Part shown: positions 36,547 to 48,927 of the stretch, one piece after another
Numbering within the stretch: position 1 is the first letter of the stretch
Layout of the letters: every line of letters begins with the position of its first letter
Origin: Octopus vulgaris
Taxonomy: Eukaryota
Length of the DNA: 64,000 nucleotides
Assembly: GCA_951406725.2 (NCBI GenBank)
Contig: OX597843.1
Span: 5,208,001-5,272,000, forward strand
Direction of reading: 5' to 3'
Notes under the pieces: model-generated
Database searches by the model: none
What the model was told of the DNA's origin: nothing
What the model saw: only the letters and a program-made list of their open reading frames with translations
Program-made: the position numbers and the translations under genes

Positions 36547-36644
36547 CTAGAAGGAAGAAACAAAACCATTAATGCTCATCAATAAACATAACCCACCACA
36601 AGGTTTATCCCCAATGTTATAGTTTACATATATATGCTGTGTAC

Positions 36645-37205
36645 AACTACCACCTGTGGGGAAACTACCACCTGTGTCATCTCTTGTGAAAGGTAGGAGA
36701 GTCCAGTTTGCTGGACATTGTTGTAGAGCTGAAAAAGAGGTAATTTCTACTCTTCTCCTCTGGAAGCCATCTACTCGCAATACCAGAGGGCGCACACTCT
36801 TCGAGAGGTGATTGGATGGAACCTACACTCGCCTCCTTATGAGAGCTCTAAATCTCTTGTGGAAGCGCCATCCAACCAAAATGCAAATATATGGGAAACT
36901 ACCACCTGTGTTATCTCTTGTGAAAGGTGGGAGAGTCCAGTTTGCTGGACATTGTTGTAGAGCTGAAAACAAAGTAATTTCTACTCTTCTCCTCTGGAAG
37001 CCATCTACTCACAATACCAGAGGGCGCACACTCTTCGAGAGGTGATTGGACGGAACCTACACTCAGATAGACTGTGCTGTGTCTGTATTTGAATCTAGTT
37101 AAACCTACACTCAGGCATCCAGCAACAGGACCTCCGTAATGCCATGATGGACCGTGAAGTCCGGCGTAGCATGGTAAATTCCATTGTCTCGACCACGGTC
37201 GAACA
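36645..37205 (+). mobile_element. RTE-clade LINE 3' end with an internal tandem duplication
   Basis: DGTYTRLLMRALNLLWKRHPTKMQIYGKLPP..RVQFAGHCCR resembles an RTE ORF2 C-terminus; ~240-bp period duplication. Confidence 0.7.
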
Positions 37206-37886
37206 ATAATGATATGTACAACATTATATACACCTATTTCTTGTCTCGCTACCATCGTTATATACACCTGTCTGACCAGTCCAGTATTCTATACACCTGT
37301 CATATATATTTCAAATATGAATTTGAAGCAGTGACCACACATTCTCACTGCTTGTACTCTGTTGTGATTTAATGCGGAGAAGATGCCTTCCTCAAAGCTC
37401 CAGGTGTTAAAACACCTAAGAGTCATAAATGAGCACCTGTTAATTATGACATCGTTCGTGCATTTGTACTGGTTTTAGCTTTAAGGTTTTAGGATTAGTG
37501 TTAGGGTTCTAGGGTTAGGGTTGTCATAAATAACAGTGACAAACGAAATATACACCGCCGGAAGTTCTTGACAAACAACGGCAGTAATTTTATCCAGCTG
37601 AATACACGTCATTGATTGGTTGAAATTACCGAAACAGGACAACTTTAACATGAAATATCTTCGCAAATATAAGTTTTTCTCAAAAATGCTAAGAGTAAAA
37701 GATGTTTTATATGACACATTCTACCAGTGTCCGAAGTTTCAAAGTGTCTAGTTACAAAGAAATTATTTTTTAAATCTGTCGGTCAAAAGGTAAAGATCCG
37801 AAACAACCCATAATAATTAATATATTGAGCCTTCTGGCCTTACTCTTTCCTCTTCCCTTCGTTATGCTGTAATTAAGACAACGAAC

Positions 37887-38047
37887 CTGTTGACAGATCA
37901 TGGCATAACGAGCCAGGACATTGGCATTCTCCATCATGGCTTGGTATGAGGGAGTGCAAGATCCAATTTTCAATACACTGCGCCATTTGGCAAACTGGGC
38001 GCCACCCTTCTTGTATTCAGCACAGCGTTCAGCCAAACCGTCAAGAC
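37887..38047 (-). CDS. ALDO: Aldolase coding exon 3
   Basis: CCTCAG|(G)[50 protein letters not shown]|GTTCGT; 161 nt. Confidence 0.96.
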
Positions 38048-39936
38048 CTGAGGAGGGAACCAGAAAATATTTTATATATATATATATATATAATAATTAT
38101 AATACAAAATAAGAAAATGGAGGAATAGATTTCTTTCAATCATCAACTTCCAGATAATACCAATTCATATAATTTATTAACTAATTATTTAGATTAAATA
38201 GGAACATCCAAATCCAACAGAATAAGACAGAATAAAACAATATACATCAATAAGTAAGATAATGCCACAAGAATAATACATATAAAATGGAGCTTACAGC
38301 TGTTTCAGCCTGTAGATAAGAGTATCTCATTACTTTGTACTATATAATAATTATATACATTTAATTATTTTTTTGCACTTTAATTAATCATCGGTATATT
38401 ATTGTTATTTTAATTTTAATATTTCTATTATATGTAATTTTCTAGATGGTGTAATTTAATTGTTCAATTTGAATTGGTAAAAGGTGTTTTTTTTCTAATT
38501 TTTTATACATATATATACACACACACATATATACACACACACACACACACACAAAAGCACAGAAGTGTATGACATGCAAAAAAACCAGGCTTACAGTAGG
38601 TATTTATTACAGGATATGGATGAAGTTAGGTGCAGGGTGGCCTAATATTTCTACAACTGTAATCAGAGCATTTTGGTGGAATGTGTATGTATTTCATTTA
38701 ATACAATATCTCTTTTGTGCGGGTTTTATACATTTGAAAAAAAAAAATGAATAAAATTGGGTTTTCTCATAATTTTTCCACTTTAATAATTGAATGTTCA
38801 CAAAAGGTAAAACATCTAATTACCTAGAGTAGACAAAATACCTATTTCTTTACTACCCACAAGGGGCCAAACACAGAGGGGACAAACAAGGACAGAATAA
38901 GGGATTAAGTTGATTATATCGACCCCAGTATGTAACTGGTACTTAATTTATTGACCCCGAAAGGATGAAAGGCAAAGTCGACCTTGGCGGAATTTGAACT
39001 CAGAACGTAGAGACAGACGAATACCTATTTCTTTACTACCCACAAGGGGCCAAACACAGAGGGGACAAACAAGGACAGACAAAAGGATTAAGTCGATTAT
39101 ATCTACCCCAGTGCGTAACTGGTACTTATTTAATCGACCCCGAAAGGATGAAAGGCAAAGTCGACCTTGGCGGAATTTGAACTCAGAACGTAACGGCAGA
39201 CGAAATACCTATTTCTTTACTGCCCACAAGGGGCTAAACAGAAAGGACAAACAAGGACAGACAAAGGGATTACGTCAATTATATCTACCCCAGTGCGTAA
39301 CTGGTACTTATTTAATCAACCCCGAAAGGATGAAAGGCAAAGTCGACCTCGGCGGAAGTTGAACTCAGAACGTAGCGGCTAAGCATTTCGCTCGGCGTGC
39401 TAACGATTCTGCCAGTTCGCTGCCATTAAAACATCTAATTACCTTTTAGTAAACTATTGAAGTGGGAAAATTAGCAGAAAAACCATTTCTATTCATTTTT
39501 TTCAAATATATCATACTGTAACCAAGGACTTACTATTTCTTAAATTGCAGCTGTGATACCAGTGCCGGTGGCACGTAAGCGAACCATCCAATCGTGGCCA
39601 TTGCCAGCACCGCCCCGACTGGCCCCCGTGCCGGTGGCACGTAAGCGAACCATCCAATCGTGGCCATTGCCAGTGCCGCCCCGACTGGCCTCCGTGCCGG
39701 TGGCACGTAAAAAGGCACCATCCGATCGTGGCCGTTTTCCAGCCCCGTCTGGCACCTGTGCCGGCGGCACGTAAAAAGCACCCACTACACTCACTGAGTG
39801 GTTGGCATTAGGAAGGGCATCCAGCTGTAGAAACATTGCCAGATGAGACTGGAGCCTGGTGCAGCCTTCTGGCTTCCCAGAACCCCGGTCAAACCGTCCA
39901 ACCCATGCTAGCATGGAAAGCGGACGCTAAATGATG

Positions 39937-40278
<342 letters not shown>

Positions 40279-40474
40279 GAAGATTAAAGTGAGGGATGAT
40301 TGGTTCAATCGGGGGGGGGGGGGGAGGGACAGTAGCAAACAAGGTGGAGTGGAAGAAGAAATAGTTATGATGAAAAAAAAAGAAACAAGAGGAAGGAGGG
40401 AGACTGTGTGAAACCTCGGAAGCGACGACGAAGAAGAAGCGTTTTTTTTAATGTGACAAAGCGAGTTTACTCAC

Positions 40475-40741
40475 CCTGGGTGGTGCATTCATTGAAGGTT
40501 CCCATCAAAGGGACAACACCTTTGTCGACCTTGATGCCGGGAATGATACCCTTGTCTTGGAGCACTTTCACAAACGGAACGCCAGCACTGGTCTTCTGGT
40601 AGAACGTCTCGTGGAACATAATGACGCCGCTGATGTATTTCGCACATTCTCGGTCAGCAGTGAACAACAATTCACGGTAACGTCTACGATTCTCCTCTGT
40701 GTTTTCAACATTGATGGCCGTCAGCCTCTTTCCCATAGAAC
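40475..40741 (-). CDS. ALDO: Aldolase coding exon 2
   Basis: GTACAG|(G)[65 protein letters not shown](G)|GTGAGT; 267 nt. Confidence 0.97.
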
Positions 40742-40774
40742 CTGTACGAGGGAAGAAACAAAAACTTATCTCTT

Positions 40775-41054
40775 GTAATTCAGCGTCGGCTGCGGGGGGG
40801 TCACTTCCGAAAAGCTCTACCTGCGACGATTTCATCTCAATCGAAGGAGAGGGGGCTTTCTCCGTCCGGGTTGCGGATCCGTGGAACAAGCTGCCAGACG
40901 AGATGGTGAAGATGCCGACGACTGCTCGGTTCAAAGCCTCCCTGGACCTCAAGTGGCCTGAACTCTTTACATGAACACCACCCTGTACATAACTCCATGT
41001 CCCCCTACATGGCCTTGCTATTTGCTTTTGAGCCAAATTAACTAACTAACTAAC
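40775..41054 (+). mobile_element. CR1-clade LINE 3' end with (TAAC)n tail
   Basis: [18 protein letters not shown] (frameshift) [31 protein letters not shown], followed by AATTAACTAACTAACTAAC. Confidence 0.8.
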
Positions 41055-41167
41055 ATCTCCCGTCAACGAGGCACCTTTTACAAATGTGCCCCCGTTGCAT
41101 GCATACGACCCCAACCCAGCAGATTATTCTAATCCAACAGAAGCTGATTTTGTAATGGTAGATTATC

Positions 41168-41567
41168 TTACTCTTTTACTTGTTTCAGTCATTTGACTGC
41201 GGCCATGCTGGAGCACCGCCTTTTAGTCGAGCACATCGACCCCGGGACTTATTCTTTGTAAGCCCAGTACTTATTCTATCGGTCTCTTTTGCCGAACCGC
41301 TAAGTGACGGGGACGTAAACACACCAGCATCGATTGTCAAGCAATGCTAGGGGGACAAACACAGACACACAAATGCATATATATATATATATATACATAT
41401 ATACGACAGGCTTCTTTCAGTTTCCGTCTATCAAATCCACTCACAAGGCATTGGTCGGCCCGAGGCTATAGTAGAAGACACTTGCCCAAGGTGCCACGCA
41501 GTGGCACTGAACCCGGAACCATGTGGTTGGTTAGCAAGCTACTTACCACACAGCCACTCCTGCGCCT
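41168..41567 (-). mobile_element. SINE family A, full length
   Basis: Reverse-complement match to the family consensus. Confidence 0.85.
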
Positions 41568-41789
41568 ATGTTTTTGGATTCTGTGTCCCCTCCAACAGGT
41601 CCCTCTCTTTACATACCATATTTCCTGGCATACAATTTGACAGCGTATACGAAACGGGACCATAACCTGTGGCCTTATGCCAGGAGCGTAACCAGCCCGT
41701 TTATGCATACCTTTCCCTTCTTTGGTCACTAAACGCTGCTTGCGAAGACCTGTGGAGGCAAGTGAAACCAAAATCAAATTCGACGAGTG

Positions 41790-42430
41790 GCATCTGTGCT
41801 AGCAGGGTGCAAAGAGCATCAAAAGTGCACCATGCAAGTGTGATCGTTGACAGAGTGGCTAACCAGCTTCTGTGCCAGTTGTACATAAAAGGCACCATTC
41901 GAGTGTGATTGTTACCAGCGTCACCTTACTGGCACTCGAGCCCTGTGCTAGTAGGATGTTAAGAGCACCATCAGAATGTGGTCGTTGCCAGAGCGGCTAA
42001 CCGGCTTCCGTGCTGGTGGCACATAAAAGGGCACCATTCAAGTGTGATCATTACCAGCGTCGCCTTACTGAGCAGCTAACCGGCTTCTGTGCCAGTGACA
42101 CATAAAAGGGCACCATTTGAGTGTGATTGTTACCAGCGTGGCCTTACTGGCACTTGAACCCCGTGCTAGTAGGGTGCCAAGAGCACCATCTGAGCGTGGT
42201 CATTGCCAGATCGGCTAACCGGCTTCCGTGCTGGTGGCACATAAAAGGGCACCATTCGAGTGAGATTGTTACCAGCGTCCCCTTACTGGCACTCGAGCCC
42301 CGTGCTAGTAGGGTGCTAAGAGCACCATCTGAGCGTGGTCGTTGCCAGAGCGGCTAACCGGCTTCTGTGCTGGTGGCACATAAAAGGGCACCATTCGAGC
42401 GTGATCGTTACCAGCGTCGCCTTACTGGCA
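41790..42430. repeat. Internal tandem array of a family D-related element (GGTGGCACATAAAAGGGCACCATTCGAG units)
   Basis: Alternating subunits repeated about 5 times. Confidence 0.7.
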
Positions 42431-42644
42431 GATTAGTGGTCGCTTACTCCCAGAAATGTGGTACACCATCCCGGCATTCTCATAAATCTCTGCCAACTGA
42501 ATCTGTTGGGCCCTTCCCCACCATTGTTAAAAACTATGCCAATCCCGCGTAGCCACTGTCGTTTCTGCATCAAAGCCACAAGAAATAGCAGGATTCAGTA
42601 TTTGTACACGCACACACACACACACACAGAGTATAGCAACTTAC

Positions 42645-42756
42645 CAGTAGACTCATCTGCAGCCAAAATTCCCTTGCCAGGGGCTACAATAGCCGCAGCA
42701 ATCTGCTTGAGTTCTGCCTCCTGTTCGGGAGTGAGATATGGAGCGAAGCCTGGCAT
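42645..42756 (-). CDS. ALDO: Aldolase coding exon 1
   Basis: [37 protein letters not shown](G)|GTAAGT; 112 nt. An acceptor TTTCAG at 42770-42775 implies an upstream non-coding exon. Absent from the ORF track. Confidence 0.97.
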
Positions 42757-43473
42757 GTTTGAAAAAGCACTGAAATAAGAAAGGAGAGAGGTCAGAGGTC
42801 AATGGATTAGCAAAGAGATACACACACACACAGAGACTGACACAATGTTGGTATGGTTAAAATCCAAGTTGTATCTTCAAGCACATCTGCTTATCCCGGT
42901 ATATTCCCAATCTGTGTGTAGATGTTATATTTGTGTGAGGTAGGCATAACGGTTGAAAATATTTCTATCATTCGATTCTGTGTCTGAAGAATTTCTAATG
43001 GGAGATATCCTACACAATTTCCTCTTATGTGTAAAATTCTGAGATTCCTATTAGTGAATAAATAATACCAAAAAATTTTCCAAACTTTGTTATATATACA
43101 TCTGGGACCCCCTTCAGTCACGACACTGACCATGGGATTGCACCTAGAAAGTTACCCTCCTAGTCACAAGTCTGGGCAAGGTGGTTTTATGGAAGACCAG
43201 CAGTCGCCCATGCATACCGGCCTCCCCTCTCCACGCAATCAGTGTTATCCAAGGGAAAGGCAAAGGGGCCGATACAGCTTGGCACCCGTGACGTCGCAAC
43301 TCATTTCTACAGCTGAGTGAACTGGAGCAACGTGAAAATAAAGTGTCTTGCTCAAGAACACAAGACGCAGCTCGGTCCGGGATTCGAGCTCACAACCTCA
43401 CGATCGTAAGCTCGACGCACTAACCACTGAGCCATGCGCCTATATATACATACAGGTATATATATATATATAT

Positions 43474-44012
43474 ATAGTTATCGCCATACTTATATTACAG
43501 TCTTATAAATATAAGACTAAAGCTATCGCTGATTAGCTCCAAGAGGCCATCACCTCAAGCTAGCTATTTGACACACAACCTGCGTCCATTATAAACCTTC
43601 GAACAGGGGAGGTCAGCCGCTTCATCCTGCCAGTCAGACAGCTGCAGACATGTTTCAGGGTTGTTGCCCTTTATCAATGCAGCGTAGTCAGACCCAGCAG
43701 GTGTCGCTACTGACTGTCCCTGTTCGAAGAATCTATTTACCTAGTTTCAGTGGAATACATCCACTTGTTTTCAATAATAGAAATATTAAAATTACTAAGT
43801 CTCTCTAAAGGAGATTACGGCAGCGTTACTGGAAATTAATAGTGATCGCCATATGGCAGTCAAATAGCTAGCTTGAGGCGGTGGCCTCTTGGAGCTAATC
43901 AGCAACAAATTTAGTCTTATATTTATAAGACTGCCATATTTGTATGGCGATAACTATTAATTTCCAGTAACGCTGCCGTAATCTCCTTTAAAGAGACTTA
44001 GTAATTTTAATA
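43474..44012. mobile_element. Nested inverted-repeat element (Penelope-like) inserted in (TA)n
   Basis: Arms 43474-43572 / 43858-43956 and 43783-43840 / 43955-44012; contains a hammerhead motif. Confidence 0.6.
43641..43683 (-). ncRNA. Minimal type I hammerhead ribozyme motif (2 core substitutions)
   Basis: GCTGCA-tTGATaA-AGGG caacaa CCCT-GAAA-CATGTC-TGCAGC: stem I 6 bp, stem II 4 bp, palindromic ACATGT stem III, GTC cleavage triplet. Confidence 0.65.
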
Positions 44013-47000
44013 TATCATCATCATCATCATCATTTAGCATCCGCTTTCCATGCTAGCATGGGTTGGACGCTTCAACTGGGGTCTGTGAAGCTGGAAGGCT
44101 TCGTCAGGCCCAGTCAGATCTGGCAGTGTTTCTACGGCTGAATGCCCTTCCTAACGCCAACCACTCCGTGAGTGTAGTGGGCGCTTTTTACGTGCCACCC
44201 GCACAGGTGCCAGACAGAGCTGGCAAACGGCCACGAACGGATGGTGCTGTTATATATATATAATTAAAAAATCTTAGGGTAGCAAAAATATTTATAGAAA
44301 AATTCTTTGCTACCAGTGGTCTAGCGAGAAGGAAAAATTTACTCAATAGACTATACATTATTCAGAGAAGAATACAGTGTACGTTCAAACAGATAAGAGA
44401 TAACCCAAAGAATAGGATATCTGACTCACTAGAAAGAGCAGTTAAATTATTTTATCTTAATTTATATAAGATTGCAGAAACTATGCATAGTCTAGGAAAA
44501 GTAGGGTAAATGTTTTATTTCTCATTCCCTTTGGGCCAACCAAAGCCTTGTGAAGGGATTTGGTAGATGGAAAATGAAAAAAGCCGGTAATTGTGTGTGT
44601 GTGTGTGTAAACTGGTACCAGTATCTGCCATGACTACGATTCCAGTTGGCTTGATGGGTCTTCTCAAATACAGCATATTGCTGAAGGTCTGTCATTGGTC
44701 ACCGTCTCTCTACATACACACACACACACATACACATGCTTATAATATCTATATACAACATTAAAAAATATACAAATGTAAATACAAAATGACAGTTTGT
44801 GTGAGAATTAATTTCTTCCCAGACACAAGACCTGGATCTTGTGGAAGGTGGGTGTAGTCGATGAAATTGATCCCAGTGTATGACTGGTATCTTAATTTAT
44901 CAATACCCCTACCTTTCCACCACAGCAGAAGTCTGAAAAACAACAATAACAACAACAAAGGCTGGAATTGAACCAATAAAGAAATAAATAAAAATGGTTA
45001 TCAATGATAACGAACGGGGAGGGGGGTTAACAATATAAAATGTTAATTAAGAAAACTTATTAATGAGAAATAATTTGGTTAGTTTTTACAAATGAACAAA
45101 ATCTGTCACCAATTTTTAAAATTGCTGAATTTCAAAAAAGATTTTTTTCTTCAATTAAAATAAAAAGAACAAAAAATATCCGGACCCCACGGCAGAGAGA
45201 ACTTGAAACCTCACTGTTGTATCTTTGTCCCCTTCTCCCAGATCTGTATTAGGGACCAGTTCCACCTATCACCACACCATCTTTACAAGGAGAGGGGGCA
45301 CCCCCCCCCCATATTACATCAAGGTCTTTCGGTAAAAAACAGAAATTGAGGGTGGGGGACCGATGGTGACAGGGTTATGATGAAATCCCTCAAGTTTTCT
45401 AACCCCACAAAAGATACCTTGGGCCAACAGCATGAGGGGACCAGCTACTAACAGGCAAAGATTAAGGCCCACCATACAAACCAAATTCCTAAATCCTCCA
45501 AATCTATCTGCTTTTCTAGCCCAATTCCTTTTTTAAAGACCCTTCTGAGAATATAGGGATTCTCTTCCTGAATTTGACCCCTACGTCAGTTTTATCTATA
45601 AAACCCTACTGCCACTGCTTTCACATTTGAAATATTAACACTCCCTCCCTCCATTTATGATTAGGGCTCACAGAAGGAAACTGATTTGTCTTACTCCAGC
45701 AAAAATGAATAAACCACTGTACAAAAGGACCCTGGAGGAGAGGTGGTAATTAGAGTCTACCCAACAAAGTGGCAGTGTCCCAGCATGGCCAGTCCAAAGA
45801 CTAAAGCCAATAAAAGAGATAAGTGGAGCCATGTGGCTTAGTGGTAAAGGTCATAAGATAGTGGTTTTGATCCCTGGACTGAGCAATGCCCCTTTGATTA
45901 CTGATTTATTCTGGTGCACCTTAATGGCCATTTGATGTTTAAAAACTAGTTTTACAGAAACTTTTTTCAATATTTCTATTTTGTTTCTCACACGTTCCCT
46001 TGTGTAGGATAAACTGTGTAAAACGTGGTCCTCAACCATTTTTTTATATAAGGACCCCTTTGATTACTCTTTTACTCTATTGTCGAACCCCTAGCCCTTC
46101 CAGGTTTAAAATCTAGCTTTATAAAAGCTTCTTTTAATTTGTTTTTCACACACATTAACTTGTGTAGGTTGAACTATGGGAAATGTCAGAGAAAGAAACC
46201 TAGCTGTTTGTTGCAATTCATACATCTAATGCAAAATTTTTTTTTGGAGGTGGGGCCCTTTAAAATACTTTTGTGGATCCCCAAAAATCTTATAATCGAT
46301 CCTGGCTGAGAACCGCTGCATACAGATAGGCGCTGTATGCTTTCAATCAACCAATTCCATTCGTGAGGCTCTGGGCCATGGTGCTGGGCAGAGGGCTTGA
46401 AACCCAGAACCTGAGGTTGCAGAGAGGACTTAGGAACCACAGACATGCCTCGTGTCTCAATGCTTAGAAATTGTTTATATTCTTTTAAAAACTTCGTTAG
46501 GTGTCACTACTGATATCCGCGTTGCCCTATGGTGGGGGAAAGAGTCACTCGACCTACCAGAAATAGCAGCTAAATCATCCCGGACAGACAGGCTAATGCA
46601 GTCCAAAAGAAGGACAAAACGAATAATGTCCTTTTGGTGATGTGGGGAGGGGGTGGTGGTCTGCTCAGCTGAGCTGCGAGGGGGGGTGGAGGTGGAAATA
46701 ACAACAAGAACTGTAACAGCAACAAAGAACGTGAGTGGCCATACAACGGAGTACGTATGGATCCTTTCTCTTTCTGGGATTTTTTAAAAAGTCAAGAATC
46801 TACCTTCTTTCGTTTTCTCCGGTGCAACACTGCCAACAGGCCATAGGGCAGGATCAAATAGTTGAAGAAATTGACAGCAACATGAGTCTTAAAAAAGGAG
46901 ATGGCAGGCTACAAAATGGACAACAGTCAAGCTTATTACGAGAGAGAACGAACAAGAGAAACGTTTAGGAAGAAATATAGAGACCCAACGCCATACAAGA

Positions 47001-47049
47001 CATCGGGTATCGAAACAGACAGGTGTGGATTAGGGGGCAATGGATTAGA

Positions 47050-47253
47050 CCCTTTAGCATTCAGATTACTCTGTCAATTGTATAAGCATTGTTTTCAATT
47101 AATCCTGCATTATCTCAGATTTGAGATTTCAATGATGTAGTTATTTTTTGAGTGACATTGTAGGGTAGGTGTGAGAGGCTGGATCTAGCCTGTTTGAACT
47201 TAAAACAAGGTAGAATATTTGGGCTGGGTACGTCTGGTTTAAACGCTAAAGGG
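47050..47253. mobile_element. piggyBac-type MITE (second family)
   Basis: TIRs CCCTTTAGCATT / AACGCTAAAGGG; the TTAA flanks are degraded. Confidence 0.5.
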
Positions 47254-47256
47254 ATA

Positions 47257-48116
47257 CCGTAAATCTTCGAGTATAGTTCGTGCTTGAGTATAATACGCAG
47301 GGGATTTTTTAGGGGGCTGTACCTCTGAAAAACCTAAACCTTGTGTATAATACGCACCCCTTCTCTAACTTGAGTAAAGGAGGTCTATATAACGTCCTTG
47401 GTTTGTAAAAATGTATACGGTAACGTCTTTATTATTATTGTATATATAACATAATGCAAACGTGTATACACAGGGGATTTTTAGGGGGCTGTACCTCTGG
47501 AAAACCTAAACCTTGTGTATAATACGCATCCCTTCTCTAACATGAGTCAAGGAGGTCTATATAACGTCCTTGATTTGTAAAACTGTATACGGTAACGTCC
47601 TTTATTATTATTGTATATATAACATAATGCAAACGTGTATTCGCAGGGGATTTTTAGGGGGCTGTACCTCTGGAAAACCTAAACCTTGTGTATAATACGC
47701 ACCCCTTCTCTAACTTGAGTCAAGGAGGTCTATATAACGTCCTTGGTTTGTAGAAATGTATATGGTAACGTCCTTTATTATTATTGTATATATAACATAA
47801 TGCAAACGTGTAGCTTTTTTTGTGCATTTTGTTTGCATAAAATAAAGAAATAACAGTAATAACGTTTAATAAATGTTGCTTACTGCAAGTTATGGATGAT
47901 TCTTTTATGACTTCATTGCTTTCAGGCTTAGCTTAAGGTATTTTCGCACCTGACATCACAAAATGCGTCTGAATAAACATTGCCGGACAGCAAATAGAGA
48001 CTCGGACATTGCTTAGAAAATATTTTTCATTTTTAACCTCGTGTATAATACGCACTAGGGATTTTGACCTTTAAATTTTGGGGGAAAAAATGCGGATTAT
48101 ACTCAAGGATTTACAG
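47257..48116 (-). mobile_element. pogo/Tc2-type non-autonomous element with a 173-bp subterminal unit x3
   Basis: TA-CCGTAAATCTTCGAGTATA ... TATACTCAAGGATTTACAG-TA. Same family as 28557 (opposite orientation) and the fragment at 26825-26975. Confidence 0.8.
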
Positions 48117-48473
48117 TACATAGATTTTTGCATTATATGCACATTCACTAGAGTGAACACAGGATTTATTAAATAGCAAATCACATTGGGTCGGGTTAAT
48201 TCACATCCCAAGCAGTCATTCAAAATAAAGGCCCCCATGGGACCCAACTTCCTAGTGACACTAAATATAAGGGGATAGGAGTTTGAGAATGTAAGTATCA
48301 GGGACGTGCCGCCTAGGTAGGCAGTGCCTACCTTGAATAAAACTGATCGATAGCAACATTTTCTTTTCATGGCAAAATATGGACCTAATTCAATAAAATT
48401 ATGAAGGTTACTCTGATTACTATGCATAAAATGAAAAATACAGTTCTTTATTTAAGAGATGAGGAATTATGTA

Positions 48474-48927
48474 TATTGTTTACATTTGATGGATATTTCT
48501 CCTCATCTTGTTTGTTGATAACACAATGTTTTGGCTGATATACCCTCCTGCCTTCTTCAGGTGTCTTGGGGAAATTTTGAACTTGGGTTCTCATTCCAAA
48601 GGTATTTTTTGATGTTATTATTGTTATTGTTCAGGTCACTGCCTGGAATCGAACTCGGAATCTTGGGGTTAGTAGCCCACGCTCTTAACCACTATGCCCA
48701 TGGACATATGGCGTAGTGGTTAAGAGTGTGGGCTACTAACCCCAAGATTTCGAGTTCGATTCCAAGCAGTGACCTGAACAATAACAACAACATTGAAAAA
48801 TATCTTGGGAATGAAAACCCAGGTTCGAAATTTCCCCAAGACACCTGATGAAGGCTGGAGGGTATATCAGCAGAAACATTGTGTTAACAACAAGAGGAGG
48901 ACAAATATCTGTCGAATGTAAATAATA
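48474..48927. mobile_element. Palindromic element: each ~220-bp arm is a tRNA-like head plus a hammerhead-bearing tail
   Basis: Arms 48474-48697 and 48710-48927. A box TGGCGTAGTGG, B box GAGTTCGATTCC; hammerhead motif at 48840-48885 with an inverted copy at ~48520-48565. Confidence 0.75.
48840..48885 (+). ncRNA. Minimal type I hammerhead ribozyme motif
   Basis: GACAC-CTGATGA-a-GGCTG gagggtatat CAGCa-GAAA-CATT-GTGTT. The opposite arm supplies CAGCC, completing stem II. Confidence 0.6.

Noticed and set aside
38285-38330. GAAACAGCTGTA hammerhead-like half on the minus strand
   Set aside because: No CTGANGA core or stem I partner visible.
40742-41036. N-terminal extension of aldolase suggested by the 189-aa ORF
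   Set aside because: The upstream part is antisense CR1 sequence in the intron; the true acceptor and the first coding exon (42645-42756) are clear.
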